From the NCBI GenBank assembly GCA_030141605.1, contig JAQGDQ010000598.1, forward strand, positions 1 through 61,189: a stretch of 61,189 bases of DNA. The letters run 5' to 3'. Positions within the stretch are counted from its first letter, which is position 1, and each line of letters starts with the position of its first letter. The DNA is from Tubiluchus corallicola. Lineage: Eukaryota; Animalia; Priapulida. The position numbers and the translations under genes are program-made. Under the pieces are notes generated by a model, which was not told the origin of the DNA, did no database searches, and saw only the letters and a program-made list of their open reading frames with translations. Positions 46,701 to 58,700 of the stretch are shown in pieces.

Positions 46701-49700
46701 TTGTTTCTCTGACCAGTGCCACCGTCATCAGCAACAAAATTATACCAGCTAAATGCAAACAAAAATTAATATACCTGACTTAATTATTTGGTTGTTCAAT
46801 TCGTTTCAGTTTGTTCCATATTAATCTAATTAGTGAGGCTGTCACATCATTTATTAGTAACAAGAAGTCCAGGTGTCAAACATGATAAATTCCATTAAGA
46901 GAAATTGTCTCTTAAAAAGACAGAATCTAAACTAACACATCAACACTTTTATATTGGTTGCGTTTACGGACTCCATAGACACCAGTGCCGGCTCGTGTAT
47001 AGGTGCTGTGGAACTGCAGCACCCTCTATTTTCACTCGATATTGTCGCTAATATTCAATATAATGAGTCTGTTCTTTAATTCTTCCTTTATACTTGTACA
47101 CACGTGTAGATTCTTGTACGGAATCAGAGTACATGACAGAACTGAGCGCTCACAACTCCAGAAACGTGGCGTGTGGCTAATGTGCACATGTCTCAGATAA
47201 GAAGCTGCATGCAGAGAAAGTACTGTCACTCACGCAGTGTCGTTCAAGGAGAAAATTTTTAATCTTTTTGTGCAAAGTAAAGCAAGAAGAATGGATTTTG
47301 TTTTTTAAACTTGAATTAGCTTAATAAATTAACTAATTAGATTAATTTAACTTGAACTGTGACAATTTAGGCTGTTTATAAGTAAAAAATATTTTGGTTT
47401 TAGATTTTATCAAATTTATGTATAAATTTTCCTTTCGTATGTTCGTTTCATTTTACACAGTATTAAAACAATGGCTGAAAATTTTCTGAAGCAGCAACTC
47501 TGCTAATTTCAACTACGAGCTGAAACTAAAAGACACCAAAGTGAACTAGTTACGTAAATTTTGTTCAGATATTACAATACTCCAAGGCCTAGTGTACACT
47601 CAAATAAAAATAATAATCATTTTTCCAAATTTATCGAGTGCAAAATATTCACTTACCTAGAAATCTCCAAGAAGTAGCTGACGCCATCTTCTGTAATTAT
47701 GCTGCTGAACAAAAAATCATAAGTTCACTAGTCGTTTGTAAATGTAATGTGTGAAAATTTGCAGAATTGCAAAATGGATTTTAACTTGCTTAATAACTGT
47801 GTATCCTAAGCAAGTAATGCCTGGTAAATTTGCTAACAGATTTTAAACGCAAAACTGCTTTCATTTGCATATTTCTCAGACAAGAAATTGGCTTAATCTG
47901 TTGAAAATTATTTCGCTCTGCCATTGTTTTGTGCAAGAATTGGCCAGTGTTGTTTAAAACATAAAATTTTTAAGTAATTTACGAGCTTTAGTCTTATAGT
48001 TACCATGTGGTGACTGTTTTCATTAACTTAAGGCGGGTAACAATCATTTTGCGAAGCAATATTTAGCTTTATCTAGTTGGAGAATTAACATTGATAAAAA
48101 TAATGCAAAAATGATTAAAGAGGTTCGTAGTTTACCGAAACATGAGTTAATCTTGCTAAATGACAACGCTGATACGTATTGAACGCCATGTATTAATACT
48201 CTTTATTGCATTAGCGCATTCATACCTTACTAGAGGTTGATACCTTTCTATCTTTTGCACAGAGATAATGCCAGGAACAAGGACTATGGTAGTTTGTATC
48301 CTATGATTCATTTTTCAACTTTTATAAGTGGAGGTACGAGGTCACCTTGTCACTCAAGATTTATTTATAAATAAACAAAAACCAGTCGATGTTAGCAAAT
48401 CAAACACGTATTTGTTCCTGCAAATGACACGGACAGGGATATTTATTGATACGCGGTCACCTTCGTCGTGAAATTTATTTACAAATAAACAAAAAGGCGC
48501 CAATAAGGTGATCTAACCTGTTTTTGTTCCTTTGAAGGACAAAATGTTTATCGATCTATATAAGGCCCCTGTCACACAGAAAGAGCCCTAAGGAACAATC
48601 TGTAATCTGGGAGCCATAAGGCACCATCCGTCTTTCGTAAGGCACATGTCGTAATCCGCGGCAGGGTCCTTGCTCTATGTAACTAGCAAGACATGTTGCC
48701 ATAATCCGTTCTTTGGCAGGCGGCATGAAACTAATGTATTTTAATATAATGGATACTACAATAGTTACTATATAATATACTAAGATACTGTACTTAATCA
48801 GTTACTGTATTAATAGTTTAATGTAATCTGTAAAATTATAGTAAGATGTTCACTAGTAACTTAGTACGGCAGACTGAAACCACACACAGTCACAAACCAC
48901 ACAATCTACAAACAAAGTAAAACAATGCATATTAAAAAGGCCTCGCTGTAAACTTAGAAATTTATGGGTAGTTTGTTTCGTGTTCACGTACAGACGTGAA
49001 AAATAATAACTGTTTACAACTTGAAGACTTTTGTATCTGCCTATGTGATTGCAGAGGGGTCGGCATGTAGCTCGACAGTCTGTTTTCTTTCAATATTATT
49101 TTTCAATAAGCCTTTTCATAGTTCCAGCGATTGATGACGATCCTGAAAAGGTCAAAGATTAAGTGTCACAGACAACGCGTTTGTGTGCACTTGACAAAGC
49201 CTCACAGCCCAAGCTACTGTAATAATAACACCTTTAACAGCTATCTAGAACCTTACCTAGTTCATTTTCTCTTGTTCCCAAGCAAGATCCTGCTACTAAA
49301 TCAGTCTACACATTGACTAATGCGTAATTAAGTAAAGTCTATGTAAAACAACTGAAGTTACTGAACTGATGTGGCAGTTGGCTTTGCCTTACCCACATGT
49401 CACGTAACAGTTGTAGTTAAGATGCGTTGCTGTGGTATACTTGACCTTTGACCTACAGCCACTGCGCGTGTGCACAAGGTAACTGTGAAAAGGCTTATTG
49501 ATTCGAAATGTTTTGATTTATTGTCTGTATTACAAACCATAAACATTAGTCTAACAATGGAATATTGCAATCAAATATTGCATGAGTTGAAATAAACAGT
49601 CGATGGATCTGTCTGATAAAAGTAGCGTTTAAACTGACTGGTGGGAATTCTTGTAATCAGGGATTACTTCTCATTCGTCTGAGATTAGCTTAATTAACGG

Positions 49701-52700
49701 AATTAATCAACTTAATTAAAAGAAGTTGATTGCTGGCAGTGAAAAAAATGTGTTTTTCCAATTTCAGCTCACGCTAGCAGCCAGTGGTATTAGTTTTCCT
49801 TGTCACAGTTTCACGGTGTGCAAAGCTAAGAGCAGTCAACGGCTAGCCAACAAACAGGTTAGAACATGAATTTTTACTAAAATCGTACGACACGACTAAA
49901 GATTATAACTTGGTGTGGCTTAAAGATGTACAAATTTGCAACTGCTGCCTAAGCATCTGTGTAGTTCTTTCTTTCGATGCAAACTTAATCAAATTTGTCT
50001 AATATTGAATGTCATTTAAAATATATGCAAAGCGTTACAGTTATGAGATGTCCTGTATTTGTTACACTTATAAGACACTGTGTATATGTTACAGTTATGA
50101 GACGCCCTGTATATGTTACAGTTATGAGACGCCCTGTATATGTTACAGTTATGAGACGCCCTGTATATGTTACAGTTATGAGACCCCCTGTATATGTTAG
50201 TTATGAGACCCCCTGTATATGTTACAGTTATGAGATGCCCTGTATATGTTACAGTTATGAGACACCCTGTATATGTTGCAGTTATGAGATGCCCTGTATA
50301 TGTTACAGTTATGAGATGCCCTGTATATGTTACAGTTATGAGATGCCCTGTATATGTTACAGTTATGAGATGCCCTGTATATGTTACAGTTATGAGACAC
50401 CCTGTATATGTTACAGTTATGAGACACCCTGTATATGTTACAGTTATGAGACACCCTGTATATGTTACAGTTATGAGATGCCCTGTATATGTTACAGTTA
50501 TGAGATGCCCTGTATATGTTACAGTTATGAGACACCCTGTATATGTTACAGTTATGAGACACCCTGTATATGTTACAGTTATGAGACACCCTGTATATGT
50601 TACAGTTATGAGATGCCCTGTATATGTTTCAGTTATGAGACACCCTGTATATGTTTCAGTTATGAGACGCCCTGTATATGTTACAGTTATGAGATCCAGA
50701 CTTGGACCCAATTTTTTCATTTTCTTTTTTCCGTTTCCTTCATTTCATTTCTTTCATTCACCCATTTCTTTTCCTTCCATTTTCATATCCTTTCGAATAT
50801 CAAATAATTTCGCGTTAATTGCATTCATTTGGCACTGAGGTATTCACGTTGTTAAACGCGGTAAATAATTTCACAACAGGTAGAGGTAGATTTAACGATG
50901 AGCGATGACAGCGATGAGGACTTTCAAGATGCGGCTGATACGTTCGCTTCAGATGATGATATGTTTAGCGTAGATCCTCCAAATTCCAGGAGAGGACTGC
51001 CATTAAGTAAGTTTTTCTCATCTTTTTTATAGCTGCTTTGTTTTGACTGCAAAGTTAAGCAGTTGTTGGACTGGTTAACAAAAGGATGGGAGATGTCTGA
51101 GTAACCTGTTGTTTCAGAGTGAATTGATATGGTCTTTGTTTGTGCAAATCTCCAAATGCTGAGACAGCTCTGCTGGCTCATTTCTTCATCTAGAAGATTG
51201 TTTTCATGGTGAGTAAAATTAATTAAATTCTATTGTCGGGCGCTAGATCTCTGATAGTAGAATACTGAAAAGTACCAAGAATGATTAAAAATTATTGGTA
51301 AGTTTAATTGTCACTCAGCTTATTGCAAAAAAATAAAAATGGTTGCAGCCCGTACATACACTTTTTCACAATAGATGGCGACACACTTCCTTTATACAAT
51401 ATTGTGCTGTGCCGATCAATATATAGCTTTGTGAATCTATCAGTGTCAGTCTTCAGAAATGCAACATTGAAGGCATGTCGTATGAAAAATCTCTTAACTG
51501 TTTGTGGTGTACTAGCATTAGTGCATTATATTTACTTATTTCAACTACAAACTTATTAGTACAAAATTTTTTAGTGATTCGAACTTTATATTATTATTGT
51601 CTGTATAAAATCAACTCCTTTACAGTTTTTTCTGAACAGTTATTAATACCAAAAAGCACTTTGTTCTCAGTCTGGTTATGCAACACTTTTGTACAGCTGA
51701 CTTCATACCATTTCCATGTTAATACTGTATGTGTGAACTGTCAGTCACCATTGAAGACACTGATGCTAAATTGGCTTCAGTTTTTGTGGCCAAGTCAGGC
51801 TCGTTAAACAAAGTAGTGTGATTTTTCCAGGCCCATTATTAAGCCAATTAGAGAGATTTGTTCAAATTGTCCCGGTGCCAAGACCGCCCCCGCGTACACA
51901 CTTAAGCAGAAGGTGCTATCATGAATTAATGAGTGTCCAGTGTGCACGAAGTTTCTTGATACTGTGAAGGCAGTGAAACTATTCAGTCTGTTCCCCCCCC
52001 ACACACACACACATGCTCGAGTGGGGACACTATGATGAATTAATGAGTGTCCAGTGTGCACGAAGTTTCTTGATACTGTGAAGGCAGTGAAACTATTCAG
52101 TCTGTCTATCCCCCTCCTAGTGACGGCATTGCATTTGCACTACTGATTGCTTTTTGATCTATTGTCATTTTTTCATTTATAAAATGTTTGTCATTTAGTT
52201 CCAGAGAATGTTGAAAGTGAAACTGAAGCTTTAGAGAACTTCACACAAGAATTTGAATCCAGGTTTGTCTGCATGTGTTCTCCTTGTGTTCTTCAATAAC
52301 ATTATAACTTTGTATTGTTGCATTATAAGACCGATCTTACCTCATGAGTTCAAAAGATGTCTGTGGAAGTTGGAATTGTACATTGTAATTAGGTGCTACC
52401 ATCTATGTGCTAATCCTGTTACATTCTACCAGCTGACTTACCTTCAGTATAATTGTATGGTCCAGTGACTACATACACACTGGTCCTCTCCCTATCTAAA
52501 ATTAATGGTTGTTGTGAAGCCTGTGCAAGTCTGCATAGGTCAAGTTCTATACCTGTATACAGGCTGTGAAACAGGTTTTACTGACTGTTTTTGCTTTCTA
52601 GTTTTTGCTCAATGTTCAGTGCAGCAGTTTTGCTGCTCATGTTTTCTCTAGTTTAATAAATATTTTTCTGTTGTGTGCAGTGCAAATATTTATTATACAT

Positions 52701-55700
52701 TTTTGGTTCCTATTCATATTTCTCTGTGCCTAAACTCAATCATAACAAAGTGACTGAACAACAACTTCAATAATGACTTTCAAATGTCAATAGGGACAGA
52801 GAAAAAAGTTTCTTCCAAAAATTTTTTTAAAGCTTTGTGAATATTTAAAGCTGAATCATGGAATAGTTAAAATCAGTTGGAAATCAAAGTTTGTTTATTT
52901 TTCGCTGATTAGCAGTAATGTTATAAATCTTTTCAATGCGCATTTTTTCACTCTTTGTTTTTTAGGTTTTTTTTTCGTGCTACTAAATTATCGTAAAGTG
53001 TTTTTTTGTGCGGTATGTGAGTAACATATTTTCTAGTGATTAAATGACGATACTACTCGGCCATTAATTCACAAATTTGGCAGAAAATGCGACACTTTTT
53101 AGCCTCCAATGTGATAATCAGCATGTTAGACAATGACAACCCTGGTGGAGAGTTAAACATGAAAAAACATGGCTACCGTTGTTTGTCTAAGCATGTTATA
53201 ATAATGATTGCATTTTATGTTTTAAATTTAAAAAATGTGCTTTATATGACTGTCGGGTAAAAGTATAGGGAGGTGAACAGAATCATGTCCCTGGACATAT
53301 GATTCATTGGATGATGGATGATGATGATGATGATTGTTTAATTTTTGTGTTAACGGTGTCGTTGTGAACGACCGAAGATTTTGTCTGTAGTGCTTAGGCT
53401 CGGACATGGAGTTCGTCAAGCCGCGATAATCTTATTCAATCATTTAATCTGTACTATTGTTACTTAAGTGTAGACTTTACCTCAACTGGTCTTCGTTGCT
53501 GTAAAGTATGCATTGCCACTAATAGATGGCAGCACGATTGAATTTGTTGTCTGATTGGTATTAGTGTGCGAAACAGGGTACTCGGTGTGTGAAGCAGGAC
53601 TGCATGGCTGCAGTAATGTGAAAGCTGTAGCTCTATGTCATAAATAAATAGCTGTATGTTATAAATAGTCATAATTCAACTGTTATACCTTTTGTCAACA
53701 CGACAAACGGCAAGTAGGTACTATACTTGTTGTTTCAATGACAGTAGGGAATTTAATTGACACTTCTTAAGCTGAATGATGCGTAATTTGTTTACATATA
53801 GACCAGTGTTTTGTAAACTAGAATTTTTTGCTTATAATTTACACAACTGCACAGAATTGACAATTATCATTATAAGCAAAACTATACTGGGATTTCTAGG
53901 GTTTCAAAACATATCCAAAATGACGTAAAGTTTGTCAGTTTCGTGTATTATTTTCAAAAAAAATATGTACAAACACTTAAAAAGTGCACCATTTTTGCAT
54001 AGTGATTAGAGATTTTCATACTTGAATGCATAACTTCAATATGTTTTTGTCATGCAATATTGTAAACATATAATTTTACTACTAAGTGTAAATGTTTATC
54101 GCTGGCCAATATACTTAAGTTTTCTACTGCATCTTCATACTCAGCATCGCTAGTGTTTTTTATAGATACGGAGAATGTCATCCTGTATTTTTTCTCGGTT
54201 CGTTAGACGATGCTCTCAAAGAGGCCTGTTTAGTGCCGGCAACAAATGTAAGTGTCATTATTTAAAGTTGCATTTGAACTAGAAGTTACTTTAGTAAAAA
54301 AGTCATTGCAAAACTATGCAGTCTAATCAAAAACCTCGTTCTTCATATCACCGTAAATAATTCCAGCAGAAAAAAATCCAAATATGTTTAACATTTATTA
54401 TCAACGTATTGGTCTAATTTTTTCTAAAGCCTGCAAATGTTAATTCATATGCGTAGTAATACATATCGTGTCGTGAGATTCGTATCGTGCTATGTATCAT
54501 TTCGTCACCTAGGCGTATAGTTACAGACCACGTACTGATACAATGTAGTGCAGTAAACATGAAACATATTCATATTTTCCTCTCGTATCATTCGACGTCT
54601 CGTTTCTTTTTCAGAGGAAATTATTAGCCGTATATCTTCATCACGACGCTAGCGTGCTATCCAATGTTTTCTGCAGTGATAGGCTATGTTCGGAAGCTGT
54701 GGTATCGTTTTTATCCGCTCACTTTATTACATGGGCTTGGGATATGACACTCGAGTCCAATAGAGCAAAGTAAGTTATTTCTCATTCACATTTTTTCCTG
54801 CTAATTAAGTATTGCGTAATTATTGTAGCCCGGATTAAAGGAAAACATCATGGTTTCTCATATCTTAGCTCATTTAAAGATGTAAGATGTAAATTTTTTA
54901 CCATAATTATACAATTTTATCGTACTAATCAAGTTTTAATCTTTTTACCGGCACTTTTAATTTATTTACTTGTGTGTTTATATTGTACTAAACATATACT
55001 ACGTATTTTCTACTTTTAGCAGTAATTTTACTTTCTGTACATTGTCGATATGTTTTACGATGTTTTTAAGGAACATATAAGTCTCTTGACTTCAGTTCAT
55101 AGATGTATTATAAATAAAATAAATAAAAAAAATAAAATTTTGAAGTAAAGTAAAAAGTATACATTTAACACTACAATAATGCAAAATCGTTTCTTGATTA
55201 AAGAATTGGTTAAAAACGTAATTAGTGGCCGGTGAGCTCGGCTGGTGATGACATCACAACTGAACATAATTTTCAACATCGCAAACGTGCCATAAGCATG
55301 TTCCACGTGCTTGTGAGTCCCAGAAAGTCCGCCAGTTGTTGATCTAAAAACTAGGAACAAAAAGAAACAAAAACCAATTGCGGAGACGGAGATGGTATCC
55401 TGTTCAACTCTCTTTGCAGGTTATGATGTGTGGAATTTGTGGCATGCAAGCCCCTCTAGTGGCAGTCCATTCAAAAGAGCCACAGCACTATGACAACGGA
55501 CATTGTTTGCATCATTTAATTCCTTAGCAGTTTTCTCACTACTTCACTAATAAATAATCTTGAAATTATTAAAAATGTATTTTTATTAAAAAAATATTAA
55601 ATTTGAGCTGAGTTTGTACTAGATAAACTTCAAATTCAGAACGTGCAAATTCTGTTGTTATTAAAATCAATTCTGTAAATGTCACTTGATGCGTTTCCTA

Positions 55701-58700
55701 GGTTACTGACCACAATCACGAGGCATTTTGGCAGCGTGGCCGCGACGACGGTACGAAACTTCAACTCAGACCAGCTTCCGTTACTCTTAATCATCACAAG
55801 AACTCGAGCCACAACTGAAGTCACGACTATATTAAAAGGTATCAGTTTGCCCTCTTGTTAATCTGTCCCACTAATAGTCGTTCAAGTAGACTGGGGAAGA
55901 TCGTTTACTTGTAGACTGGGGAAGATCGTTTGCTAGTTTCTTCATGTTTTTTACTGAATTTTACTGAATAGTTTCATGCCAAAGTTAAACAGCACCAAAT
56001 CAGGTTAGTAACTTGTGTGGTGGCTGCAGTGAAAACTGCTCCTTCATTGTTTATTCGTGTCGATGGAAAATATAGACACATCTGAACCAGACCGAGACTT
56101 TTCTGCCTTTTTGATGGCTAAGATGATTATATTTGATAACTACATACTTTGGGTTCTCTTCACTACTATGCATAATGTATGCCTTGCTGTTATCTGGCTT
56201 CATTGATTGGTTTGAAGTAACCAAAAAACTTGAAATTTACTTTTAAGATTTTGTTCTGAAATGCCTACATAAACAGTGAAGTAGTGTCATGTTGAAAAGC
56301 AGAAAACCAAGTGACCAGAACTACAAGTGAAATCATTTAGGTGTGAAAAACGGTTTAGAGATTATGCATTCATAAAGACTGTAGAAGCCAATGAAAATTT
56401 AAACAGTAAAGAGAAAGATTTAACAATTTTAACAAGAACACCTGAAGGTGGCAGCACTATCCAAAGCTCAAAAAAGTATGATGACAATACAACATAAATT
56501 TAAATTTAGAGTAATTAAAATGATTTTCTTCTGTCCATTGATTTTTTATTTTTCATAAAGTAACTTATAAAACTAACATTTCTCCAATAATGGCTTCCGA
56601 CGTATTTTCTAGCCCTTTCTGCATGCCGTGAATTAAAATTTGAATTTAAAATTTAATGTAAATGTTGTCAGTCGGTGTTACTTTTTGTTCTTCACTGTAG
56701 GTGACGCCAGCGTAGATGAGCTAATGAGTAGTTTAATACACACAGTTGACATGTTCACAGAGCAGCAGAGAGCTGACATTGCTGAAGAGGTAAAGTGTTA
56801 CATGCTTATAATAGCTAGCTAGATTTCATTGCTTAGTATATCAGTTGGTCATTTCGCGTCGTAGTTTGTGTACACTGGGCTAACACAACCTCAAACCTGA
56901 GCCAGGATGTTTTTTGGGCCGCATCTAATGCTTTTGAATGCTAGGATACCTCGCGCAATAATCTGCTTTTTAAACGACGTCTTTGCAAAGTTATCTTTAT
57001 ACGATCTCCATTTCGGATAAATAACATCAGTCAACAAACGGGTGGTCAACCTCAAAATGGCCAGTCAAGAGATATATAGTGTTCCCTGTTATATAGTGTT
57101 ATATAGTCTTGTATTCTGGTAAAAGTGCATAGCAGTCATACAATTCTGAAGTAGGTAGCAAATAGACACTCAACCCTTCGTGTTTTTTTTCTGGTTTGTC
57201 TACAGATTTTATATTGTCATCGTTGTCAGCACGAGCAAGATTTTGTGAGAATGTGCCACGTAGACGGGTGTTAGCACAAAGTATAAACAGACCAAGATTT
57301 TGTGTGAAATGTTAAATGTTGGTACCTTTTGATCAAAATGCTAGTCTTCAATGAAAAAATGTATCAATTCATACGCAAACTTGTGGTGGAATTATAGTTT
57401 TTTTAATTATGTTGGAAACAAATAAGTTTTCAATGCTTTAAAGTCAAACTAAACCTTCACTATAGTACAGCTTTTATAATTTAAAATCCTACTGTCATTA
57501 CAAATATTCAATTTATTTTATTCTAAACTTACTGCTGGTCTATGTATTTGTGTAGTGTAAATAAACAATGTCTTTTGTTGTAAACAAACAATGTCTTCTG
57601 TTGTTTCGTCACTTATCAATAACAAACTTTCACTGTAGGTGTGACCTTTTCATGACCTCGAATTTTACTTACTGCTGATCTGTGTATTTGTGTAGTGTAA
57701 ATAAACAATGTGACCTTTTCATGACCTCGAATTTTACTTACAGGAGGAGCGTAAAGCTCGGGAATTAATGAAGCGTGAGCAAGAGGCAGCTTATGAACAG
57801 TCTTTGCAGGCTGACAGGTTAAAGGTGAATAACTTTTTGCTATCTTTCATGATCGTGACATGTGGCAATACAGGAACCTAGTGGATCACAAGAGTAATCT
57901 TCGAAGATGAGGCACCAAACTGGCAGAAGCGTCCTGTCTTTGTGTGGATATGTATTCATCTTCCCTTAACGAGATAAACAGCTGAAGTATGGTAGATGAA
58001 ACTGCACAGCAGTATCCATCCACATTTTAATCAGCTCTGGTATTGCTTAACTTTAGTGGTGAAGCCGGCATTCGGTGGAAAGACCTGCTTTACTTTGAAT
58101 GGACGTAATATGACTAGAACTTCACTCTTTAACAAGTCTAATATTTCAGAATAATCTTCCTCTATATTGTGGTAAACGAAACCACCTAGAGTTAGTATTG
58201 AACCGGTGATCCCAAACCATTCTCTGGCCAGCCTTGGCATTGCTTAAGTTCGTTTGCTCAAACCACTTGGATAGTGTAATAAATAATAATTTAGTATTAT
58301 TAATAACACATGAATTCATGATTATTTTAAAGTGCTGTCACTGATAACGATTAGGTTCTGGTTTTGCCACACCCATAAGGAAGCCCTACAGTTGAGCGAT
58401 GTGCAAGAAAAGTCGCTGATAATCACAAATAATAAAACTGTTTTATTACAACAGTTTTTCTGATATTTTTATCGTCTTTTTACATATTTTGTGTTGCCGT
58501 GTCGAATGTTAGAATTCACATTTAATTAACTAAGTTTTCCTGCAGGAAGAGGCGAAGAGACAAGAGCAGGCGGAGAAGGAAGCAGAGGAGCAACAGAGAT
58601 TAGAAGAACTGAATAAGATAGAACAGAATCGGTTACAGGAAGAACAGCTTAGAGAAGTATGTTCCGTTAGTAGACGTGTAACGGTGCGTCATTACACACC

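Noticed and set aside
49995-50838. Cys-rich 270-aa metallothionein-like ORF and overlapping ORFs
   Set aside because: Pure 27-bp VNTR open in several frames on both strands inside FAF1 intron 8, with a 3-nt-shorter unit and no splice context.
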